64,000 nucleotides of DNA. It comes from Styela clava (lineage: Eukaryota). The notes beneath the pieces were generated by a model. The model was not told the DNA's origin, ran no database searches, and worked only from the letters and a program-made list of their open reading frames with translations. Position numbers and translations under genes: made by a program. Within the stretch, counting starts at the first letter, position 1; every line of letters starts with the position of its first letter. The stretch covers positions 10,354,001 through 10,418,000 of the forward strand of contig NC_135260.1 in the NCBI RefSeq assembly GCF_964204865.1, written 5' to 3'. Below, in pieces: positions 25,601 to 37,600 of the stretch.

Positions 25601-28600
25601 GTACAATTTTAATCAAAGTTTAATAAATTCGAACCATGCCCAGGCAAAAATATTAATTTCTTTTTGAAATGCAGCAGAAGCAAACAAAACATTTGGAAAT
25701 GCTCCAAAAAATAGTACGAATAACTAAATTACCATTGTTGTTAGTATTTCAGCATATCTTTGGTGATCTGACTACTCTAAGATCCATTATTTACTTTGAC
25801 TTTTTTGTTACCTCATCATATATAATCTCTGACAAAAGTAAGTAACAGTTAACCAAGTATTTGAAGAAATTAAAACGTGTACCACCAATATCATTTCTTG
25901 TTTCATACCTTTATTGAATTTTGTCTTTCAGTCAATATATTATACCTTATTTAGTTTTTGTTATATTTTGTAAGACGATAAGCGCAATACAAGATCCAAA
26001 GAACAAGGTATGCTGCAAACGAATGACAATATATGTAACCATTACTGCTTTTATACTAAAGTAGTTCTAGACTAACATAGTATTGTCTAAAATGAAATAA
26101 TTAACAATCAACATTGCTTCTATAGAAATTATATATGACTAACCAATACTACCTATATGGTAACCATGCAAGATGCTCTGATAATGCTTGCATCAGGCTC
26201 ATATTATTCAAGCATGTTCTAGTTTATTACTACAGAATTGGACATTATATATTTGGATATCTTTGTCATGAAGTTATCTCGGTATATACATATTTTGGCT
26301 GAGTAAAAATTTGAAGTTTGAATTGAACTCACGACTCTGAGGAGTTGAGAATATGATCTTGGCTACATAGCCTAGAGATGCATTGTCTTGGTTGTGGAGG
26401 AAGTTTCTGATAAGATGCATCACAACCAAAAGAATTACTGATAGAACATAGCAGAAGGCCAATCATGAAATAAATTCTATATTGTAGTTTGTAGCTTCAT
26501 ATGGCAATAATTGAAAATTGTATATTTTCGATAAATTTAACATTAGCTTCAACGAAACAAAATTTTCTGTGCTTGATTGCTGTATAATCATAATTTCATT
26601 TATGCTAACTTCTATGTTGGTATTGTTTATTACCCCTTTTCTCTAAAGTGTCTCAAATTTCAATATCTCCAAATAATTTTTTAATCTATCTACCATGAAT
26701 AAGTATATTAATATTTTCTTAGTACGTTAAATAATTCCACTGGTAATTCAACTTGGGTTTAAAACCATTTGAAAAAATATCGTTGGATCTGGGGTTGTAA
26801 TGAGAACTTTATGCAAAACTGATTCCTAGTATACACTTTTAAAATGGTATTGGTAATTTCACCTGTCAGTTGAAGATACGAGAGACTACTATCACTTATC
26901 TGTGCCTTTAAGTTGGTGAATTTGTATGTTTATTTTGTATCTCAATTGTAGTCAATCCTATGAGCCAACACTCAAAATAGCATTATTTTGCTATGAGCCT
27001 AATTCAGTATATTATAGTTTTACAGTTTGTTGCATGAATATAATTTATAATCCCTAGTTTGGTTTAATTCAGCATTTTTATTTGCATCTGCATATTCACT
27101 TTTTTATTTAGTCATTGATGTTTATTTTTATGATAGGTCAATAATCAAATGGTAATTTCCAAAGGTTTTGGAAAGGATCTCTAGTACGATCACTTGACAC
27201 AAGATTCTAACCTGCAATAAAATTAATTTTCAATTGATGATTATGGTTATTTTATTTCTTTAGATTAAGTTAATTTTTCATGTTGCATTTGGTTGCTAAT
27301 TTTTTATGTTACCCCTTTTCTATCAATTACATCAATTAAATATTGCGCTAAATTTATTGAATATAATATTATAATGACTTCTTTTTAGGTATTCACGGGA
27401 GCCTTGCTAAAACCCCGGTAAGAATTTTATTTGTATATTTATGCTGTCAAGATATGATATGATGTTGGATAAAGTTTTTAATATTTGACCTGGGGAATAT
27501 AGATGGTTTTAACTATGAATTATGTTCATGGTCTATTTACCAATCTAGAATAGTGTCTTCTAACGTGTGGGTCGCGACCCACACTTGGTTTACCTGAAAA
27601 TCTTCATTTTGTATTTGTATTTAATATCGGACTTTTGCTTGATAATATTTGTACATCAATTCTCTATAACTTCCTTATCAATGGAATATCAGAATAACTT
27701 TAGAGATACGGTATTTCTGGAATGGATCTTGAAATTGAAAGATTTCTACACAGTCATATGGTGTCTGAAACACATGCTATTGATAATCTCAACACGAAAT
27801 TCATTTCCAACTGTTTGCTTTTGGTATCACGGTTCTAGTATTTTCATAGTTTAGACTGGGGTGGTCCAAGGTTGTCGGCTCCGCGGGCCGCAAATTTATT
27901 TTTTCATTGTTCGCGGGCCACAATAGTGCTAGGAATAGTTAAACAGTGCAATACAAAACAAACACTTTTATTGTGCAAACACATAGTTATCAGACATAGC
28001 CATCACAGGATAATAGAATTCGCATTCGATTTTTAGTTTTCTATGATGCCTATATTGTTAGCATATATTCCGACCAAAAAGATAGAAAGCCAGATAATAA
28101 TTTAGACTGCCAAGCACATCATTTAACTCTGCTGTTTGCCTCAGCTAGCCATAGCACTAGTTAATTCAGTGACGTTAGTGATGCAACAATATGTCAAAAG
28201 ATTTTTCTGATCAATTTGATTACGAAACACGAAATGCGATTTATTGGTTATACTCCGAATGTGACGCGGGCCACAGATAATGAAAAGGCGTTCACAGGGT
28301 TTGGACTACCCTGGTTTAGACATAGGGAATATACAAAACAACAAAAGTATTTAATTTCTGATTTTTGAATCTTAAGCAAGAGATTGAATATGGTAATTAT
28401 AATATTTAATTTGTTTCAGCTGCAAGTTATAGTCAGTTACAAACAACTAGATATTATTATGCATCCGGTCATTTTGAAAATGCTTGAATTGAAATGGAAC
28501 AAGTTTGGAAGGTAGGCTATGGAATTTATTTAATACGTTACATGTATGCATAAAATAAACTTTAAAACAGAGCTGCGGAATCGGGGATCATTATGCGAGC

Positions 28601-31600
28601 TTCGCTTCGTTTAATTGACGGTTAGGAATGCTTTGTCAACTTAATTTTCCTGAGTTTCTGTAGATAATTTTGACTTTGATTTTATTGCCATGAAAAGTCT
28701 GAAATTACAACTCTGGGAAATGGGGCCGACCATGGGAAGTTTGAAAATACAAATCTGTCTTGAATGAGACTTGCCAAACCTAGACTCTGACTCCACATTC
28801 TGATTTTGAATATACAAGATTCTATAAGTTGTTTCCAACATTTTCATTTTTTAAAACCTTGAGATGTACTTTTAAAATTGAAGATAAAAAAATGAAATTT
28901 CACATTTAGGTATTTGTATTCGCATGCCAGATGTCATTAAACTTTAAGAAATAGCTTTAAAAAGTACTGGCTCACCTGAAGAAAGAAATTGAATACATTA
29001 GGCCAGTTCTTCTGAGCATTTTTTGGCTTCCAATCACCTTCATGACTTTTATATTACTTTTTATTGATTCAGAAATGCAAGACCCGTTTTCACCCCCTAA
29101 ATACTGTTAATATGAATATACATTTCTTTGGAGGCTTTTTAAGGCTATAAGCTAACGTCGAAATATAGCAGGGGACTATTATGCATAAAATAGAAATAAG
29201 TTCATTTTGGCTTTTCTTACGATTTTCTATGTCAGCATAGTTTGGATTTAACATTCAAAAAAATCATCTTAATTATGTATTTTTTCAGGATGGGCGCAAT
29301 CAAATTGACTTGTCTTAATTTACTCTACATATCATTATGGACAGCTCTCGCTGTTGGTGTTCCATGGCAAACAAGATATTTATATATTCTTCCTGGATTG
29401 GTAAATTATCGTATTTGAAGTTTAGTAAATTTTAATCAAGACCAGATAGAATTGTTCCCTTTAGCATCAACTTCTAACTTATTAAGCAATTATTCAAAAT
29501 AAACTAAGCTACAATTCATATGCCTCCTTATATTCAAAAGAAATGAGATATCAGTAGTGTGCAACACTCTCAATGTTGAATATAATTTTTTTTAATTTAA
29601 ATTTATTCTTGATTATTTACAGGATGTTTGGAGAATTGTTATCTGGATATTAGCTTTTGGAATGACATTGTATTATATTGGAATTGAAATTAATGAAATA
29701 ATAACATCAAGACGACGGTTCCATAAATGGAAAGAATGGAGAGTTAATCATATTAATAAAGATATGAGATATACACATCCAAAGTGGCCAGAGGTATGTT
29801 TTTTTTTATGCAAAATGCACTGGTTGTCAGGTGGCGCAATGTTATTTACATAGCAGGATGAATGCTAATTCAATTCAAATCTTCTGAAAAGCTAAACGAT
29901 CGATACATTTGAATCCTGTGGGTATAATTATGTCAGAAGGATTGCTGGACTTTATACCATCTGCTGGGTGACTCACGTAACTGCTGCTCGTAACTTGAAA
30001 TTTTGGAGTGAAAAATTTTCTAATTCAAAAAGTTGGAGTTAGAGCCAAGATTAACTTGAAATATCCATTTTAATTGCCCAAAGTCGAATGGCGGACTAGA
30101 GTCAAAATTTTGTTCTGTCTGGTTCCTGTATGGCTCAGAATCGGATGGAACATATTTATGACTCTTCTTTTCACCTTTGAATCATTCATATATTTAACAC
30201 AATAAAGCGTTATTCTTAACATTATTTGACAAGTTTTATGCATATCCAAGTGTAAAGGCAAGCGGCAAAATATTTTCATGATGCAATATTCATTTTTCAG
30301 GAAAGGAATTATCTTGAAAGAGAGATTGATACACTTGATGATATGTTACCATCATATTTCCAAGATTTCTGGAATTTTTTTGATTGGACTGTTTACTTTC
30401 TAAATTTTGCAGTCCTGGTAAGATCTTTCAATATTACAATTATCAGTTACCGGTACATAATAATATACCAGTTCTAACATCATTTAGGTGTAAGTTGTGT
30501 TCGATGTTCATACGAAGAATTATTTTAAAACTATAATATCTTCTAGTGGGAATGGACGATAAATTTAAAAAAGACATGGTCAACAGTTAGTGGGATTCCA
30601 CTTCCAGCATCCCATACCTGGCATGGACTAGTAACAAACAAGAGGTCATGGTTTGCCATATGATTATGCCATCTCAATGCTTTCTCTCCCTGAGATAAAT
30701 ATGAACATCCTATTCTTCTGCCATTCATATTCTATAGAATTATTTTTCAACAATTCCCATTGTATAAAATAGCTGTCTGTTCTTTATTTGCTCATATCAG
30801 AATAAAATACTTACCGGTATGTAATATAATTACTTATAAAATGAGAATAATAACAAACAATCGGATTTGTACATTTTTTTTAAATTCCTTGACGACCGTT
30901 CTTTGTTATTCCAGGTCACTCATGTATTAAACATCCTAGTATACAATGCTAACAATCGTCCTCCACCTTGCTGTGGTGAAAGTGGTTGTGATATTACTGC
31001 TGAACAGATTCGAAATGGAAGTAAGTTTTATTGGGAGTTATCTCTGAATTGTTCTTTCTTGTATTGTTGACCAATCGTCTTGACCAATGCCTTACTTTTT
31101 TCATTCTGCATTAAATATGATATCATATTTATTTTTACTAAAAGAAGCCAAAAACTGATAGAACATTTGAAACCTTGACATATCATACAATTACCAGTTA
31201 ATGCAAGGCATTAGTGTAAGGCAGTGGTTTTCAACCTTCATGGGGGAACGGAACCGGAACCAATCGAGGTGTGGCTCGGCGGTGTGGCGCATCGTGCTAA
31301 GCGTTAGGCATACGCTCGCCACTGCATCTCTGATTACCCTTCATGGGTTCGCGGGTTCAAATCCCATGTTGCTGGACCCCTCGCCACCGTAGGGTGGTTC
31401 ACGTAACCGCTCGTCGGTTACGGCTTCCTCCACCATCAAGTCCATGCTTCCGAAAACAAATAACTGGCTAACTAATCCCATACCCGACCTGGACTGGTAA
31501 TCGGACGAGAGGCCGTGGTTCGCCATATGATTAAGCCGTCTTATCGGCTTTCCTCTCCCCCATAGGCAATACCACATGGTTTTGTTATTTTTCAATTTTC

Positions 31601-34600
31601 AAGCTATATTTTATTCTTAAAGGTTTAACTGATAAGGGATCATGTGCACTTCCTAATGCATATGTTAACAATGCTTGTCTGAGTGTCTGGGTCAACAGAA
31701 TATTTGTCTTGAACATTATCATGATGTGGCTGAGACTGATGAAAAATATGAGATCTTTCAGGTACCGTAATTATGTTGGTATTTTTTTAATGAAATTGGT
31801 AATAAATGACTTTTGATAAATTTGATGAAAACGCACTCAAATGAAATTTTTTGGGTGCTCCAGAAGTAGCAATATGGAGGTATCTGATTTTGTTCGCCTA
31901 CTTTACATCAAGTTGTGTACAGGGACTGACGTCTAATTCACTTCGCTAACACAGACAGACCCCCAACTAGTATTAAAACTAATATAAAAAAGAAAAATCG
32001 GAATAAAATTATGGCCTAACCCTAATCTGATACACATATTACGAGAGTACCATTTTTTGAAGCTCGCCAGGTGGCGCATCGTGCTAAGTTCTAGGAATAC
32101 GCTTGTGACTACCCTGCGTGTGTTCGCAGATTTTTTGGTATTTTTTTATTTTATATTGAAACTTTTTATGTTTTACAGAACTCTTGGACCGTTTGTAGTA
32201 ATGTTGGGCAAGATATTCTATGACATTCTACGCTTCCTATTCTTATATTTTGAATTTTATATTCCCTACGCTTGTGCGTTTTGGATGATATTTGGTAAGC
32301 TATCTTACTCTGTTAACTTATGAATGCCTAGAACATTTAGTTCCCTATAAACTGGAAGCTGTTTCAGGGTAATTAAATATGCGGTTTTGTGAAATTTGGC
32401 TTTTCAGAAAATTGGTCCGAAAATTGCTCTGTACAAGCAGCCACTGGTATCTCATGATACTTACCGGTAAGGATACTTATTTTGGAAATGCTGAAATTTT
32501 TCCGGTTCAGCATTGCCTACCCAATTTATTACACTATGGGTGAGGCGAGGGCGTGACATTTGAACCTGAGCTGTGTAATCTCGGATGCTTACACAGAACT
32601 GAGCTTTTAACCGCTAGGCCTCATTAGGTAATAAGTCAAGAATTATATCAATCAAGTCAGTAAAAAGTCAAGAAGTCAGAATATATTTCAAATCTACTTT
32701 CAAAATGTGATGTATGAGTGTATTTCTGTTAAAAGTTTCATGACACGTATATATATTTGAGCATTGCTCTCTTGTTGTAGTTACACTTTCAAAGAAAAGA
32801 ATTGTATTCTTCACAAACCACACTTAAATTCATGAAATGATACACTGTATTACAGGAGATGAACCAAGCATACAAAGCATGAGCACTGTGGATCAAATGT
32901 TATTTTCATTGTATCGAATCACATTGGTTGATGAATATGAATATGATCAAATGCATGCCTATGATGTTGTCATGACCTATATATTATGTGGAACATTCCT
33001 TGGTATCAGTGCCATCTTATGCATCAATTTATTTATTGCACTGTTGTCTGATACTTTTCAAAGGTAATTGCATTGAATCCAATAATTTTTTTTTTACAAA
33101 TTTTAAGTTGAACCACAGTTTTTACATTTAGTTAGTATGAATACCATTCAGGGACGTTGGAAATAATTTACTATCGACTCTGACTACGAGATGAAAAAAA
33201 TATTGACTCTCGACAGATTTGAAAATTTTTTTGACTCCAACCCCAGCTACAATCTATCAATTGGTTCCGCGGTGTGCAGCATTGTGCTAAGCGTTAGGAA
33301 TACCCTCGCCACTGCATCTCTGATTACCGTCCGTGGGTTCACAGTTTCAAATTCCATGCCGAGATAGTTATATGCGAGAGGATTGCTGGACTCCTTGCCG
33401 TCGTAGGGTGTTTCACATAACCGCTGGTCGCTTACAGCTTCTTCCACCATCAAGTCCATGCTTCTATAACAAATTACAGCCTAACTAAATATGTAGTTTC
33501 TAGCCTATGTAAATCGTATCCTATCTTATCAAGGAAATCAAATTTCGACAATGAATTTCAACTTTGGCATATGCAAGTCTCATTTAGTAGAATGTTAGGA
33601 ACGCTTGGTCAACATACTTTTTTGTTTGAGTAGAAAAGTTTGCTTTGTTTATCCCCATAAAAACTTTTGGCACCTATTTCTTTCTCTGGGAATGGCAGCA
33701 TTTCGACTGCGGCTCGACCCTGACCCCAATGAAAACATGCCAAACTCAGCAGCCCTGTAATTCATATTTGAGTATAATTTTGATAATTACCTATGTCCAG
33801 AGCTTTTAATTTTTAATAGAATTCAAAACTAATACAATTCACTCAATCCTTGGTGCTATTATTACTAATTTTAGTTTAATTTTTTTAGAAAAAGTACATA
33901 ATATAGGATATTTGGAATCAAAAATGAAGAACAAAATAGCATTTTAGCTTATGCAGTATTTTGATTATAAATATTTCGTACTGTTAATCGCTATGTACCT
34001 TTTTTAGAGTATATGACAATGCGAACGCCAATGCAGTAATGCAACAAGCAATTCAAATTCTGTCAATTGAGGAAAACTTGAGTCATGGACAAAAGGAAAG
34101 ATTCAGGAGGTCGGTTTGTGTATTATTCAATATTGAATGATTCAAATTATTATTTAAAATATGATAATCTATCTATTCATAGGAGACTGCACTGCTCGGC
34201 AGAACGTTGCATCGTGCTAAGCATTAGGAATACGCTTGCCGTTGCACCTCTGATCACCCTGCAAGGGTTCGCAGGTTCAAAACTGGCGGGGGATAATTAT
34301 GTGCGAGATGATTGCTGGGCTTCGATTGGTTATGGCTTTCTCAACCTCCAAGTTCATGCATCTGAAAACAAATAACTAGCTAACTAATCCCCATATCCAA
34401 CATGGACTGGTAACCTGGATGAGAGGCTGTGGTGTGCAATATTATTAAGCTGTCTTATTGACTTTCCTCACCTCGGGATAAATATGAAAATCCTATCCTA
34501 TCCTTCTCGCAATGAACTTAGCTGTGCTTATAACCGGAACACTGACGATATACTAGTAACATGGACCAATCGTGATTTGAAATTTTGTTTGAAAATAAAT

Positions 34601-37600
34601 TATCACAGAGGTATTAAAACGATTCCTTTTTTTTTAGTTTCATTCAAAAGAAATGCAGTCCATTAGAAGAATATTATGACGATGATTTAACGACATCCCA
34701 GGAAGATAATCTGAAGAAAGTTACTTTTCAAATCAAAGATCAAATGGAAGAAGTAATTGAACATTTAAGACTTGATGAAAAAGAAAGACAAGATCTGGTA
34801 AATATAATAATTATTGATCATAAAACACATTCAGAATGTTTATAATTATTTAGATGAGGTGTTCAGCCCTTTGCCACGAACAAGGCTCAGTATTAACAGT
34901 TGATGGTATGAGAGAGCTACCCTATTTTTTAAAAATATTTTTAATTTGATATTGCCCAACCTCTTTACTGTATCCTCTAATTCGATTGTAAACAGATATT
35001 ACCCGTGGACCTAATAATAGCTCGGAGAGCGATTCTTGCTCCATACAAACTTGCATGAAAAATTTGTTGCGCACTGGTTCCAAATTACTTACTCCTTACT
35101 TATTATTATTCTTCTTACTTATTATTACCGTAAGGTATATTGGATTTTAGTAAAGTCATGACAAATATTAGTTTTGTGTTGTATCATATTTTCTTCCCCT
35201 AAGAAAGTACAGGGTGTTCATACAGTCATTTAATTAGTCAACAATTAATTTACAGTCAACTAATGATCGGAATATAAAGATGAAGTAAAGGAATTTTGGT
35301 ACTTTCATAGTGTGTGTGTACCAGGTTAGGGTTAGGTCATAATTTTATTACGATTTTTCTCATTTTAGTTCTATTACAAATTCGGGGACTGCCTGTGTTA
35401 GCCATGTGAATATACCCCTGCTCATAAGTTTCAGTCCTTTTACACAGCTTGATTTGAAATAAACGAACAAAATTAGTTACCTCCATATTGGTACACACAC
35501 TGAATTTCAATAAAACAATCCCGGTTGAGATATATTGAGAAATGACTTTATACAAAATTTTGAATGTAACAGGACTTTATGAATTCTCTATATCAGATAA
35601 CCATTAATGAAGCATATCCTTGTATCTAATTGCAAGGTATATTTCCAAGTATAAGGCATGGCAAATTGTGGTACACAGTTTTCGTTAGGCTGCTACCATA
35701 CTGGTTTATCTATATTCCTCTGCCTTAGATTATGAAGCAAGGTTTATGGACGTTAAAAACTATTTTAGTTATGTTTTTAACAGGTGTTCAACGATTCAAA
35801 GCAAAATCAATAATACATAAAAACAATAATATCAAAATTTGTTTTCTAAATATTGTAGTTTTTGTTGAAAAGTTGATTTTTTGACTAGGAGAATCATCTT
35901 CATGCTGATATTTTGTCTTCAACTGACCATGTAATACAAAATCTGAGACCACGAAGTCGAATGGTATATTGTTGTCCAACTTGATACTAACATATCACAT
36001 GTTTGCTCTTGTTATCTCAATGCAATCATTTACTAAACAATTTATGGATATTTTTTTCTGAACAGTCGGCAAACTTGATTTTTGCTTCAAAATTACTTTT
36101 TTATTTCAGCGATGCAGTAAAATATAAAATAAGTTTTATTCTCTAAAATTTGATTTGAATTATGATTTTACTCTGAGAATAGCAAATTTTACAGCCAAAT
36201 AACAGTGATTTTAATTTGAGTTCTGAATTGAATTTGAATCGTTCGAACATACACCATAATTCTATCTGATTCAATACTTTTATTTTGATACTAGTTAAAA
36301 ATTTATATTGATTTAATAGTTATACGGCTATTTATGGATATTCAATGGTTCATGTTCGGGATAAATATAAATTTTGGGCTTGGTGTATGCGTGTGATGTG
36401 GTCTCATTTTATTAACCTCTACATTTTTGTATTATAATGCTTTCATACTCATTCATTCTAGCAACTAACACATTTTTTCAACTTTAGAAAATTTGATTAA
36501 TATCTTATGCTTGACGGTTGCCCCATTTACTAATTACTAGAAACAATCCATCACACACTGATTTTAGTTCTCAGAGTATGTAGGTGTGAATAGTATATGG
36601 CAGGGGTGCAAAAAATGATGATTTTTTGTCTCCCAGAAATATCTAAAAATCAAGTAGAAATTCTATAAATACCAAATTACTAGTAAGTAAGATGGTACCT
36701 TTTTATCAATGATAGGCTTTAAAATTTTAAGATTTCATTTCAGATTGGATAAAACTGTTTTGATTTATTTGACAGATAATTGTTGGCTTTTAATTTTATA
36801 CCTGGTTTGAATTGCAAATTAAAACTAATACAAATTAAAAATATATTTTATATTATGATTCTGACTATAAGATCTTACTTGATAACTGTCACCTATAGAT
36901 TATAGGGTCGCCTTGATTTACTTTAACATATTTTTTTGTTTAACTCAAATAAAATTAATTTTTAATTTTCAACTCAAAATAAATGTTTCAACTATTGCGT
37001 AGAATTTGAAAAACCCAATTCTTAACACAATATTTTTAAAGTAACAATTTATATACATTCAGGATGAACGAAACTCATCTCGATTCAGTCAATATCAAGA
37101 TTATGGTGAGTGATTTTGATTTATTATATTTTTCTTTTAGATACGTCGTTTACCGCATTAGTCCTGGCTATATCTCTTACCGGGTAAATCTTTTTTACAA
37201 TGGAAAATAAGCTCTTATATATTTACTTCTTTTGATAGTAAAAACGATCATCTTTTAAACCAGGGGCCAAAAAATTTGCCTACCTAGACTGGCGGGTCAA
37301 GTAAGTGTGACGTCAAAAGTTACAATTTATGAACAAAATTTTATTTACAGTGTTACAAAAGCGAAATTGAAAAACAATAAGCCTTGTGCCCAAAGTAAAT
37401 TTAATTGCAATCTCAACTAATTCCCCAAGCTATTTTTTTAGCTGAATCTTCAAAATTTGGTTTTAGTTTGGTTGTGGCAGTATCAGGCGGGCCAGACTGA
37501 ATTACCCAACGGTCCGGATTTGGACGGCGGGTCGTAGTTTGCCCGTGTGAATTCTAAATCATCTTATGCAAGTTTTTATTTTATATTTTGAGTTACGCCT

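Noticed and set aside
27137-27151. AG/GT-bounded 15-nt micro-exon in the TRP gene
   Set aside because: In the required phase it reads GGT CAA TAA (stop). It could only be a poison exon and there is no support for that.
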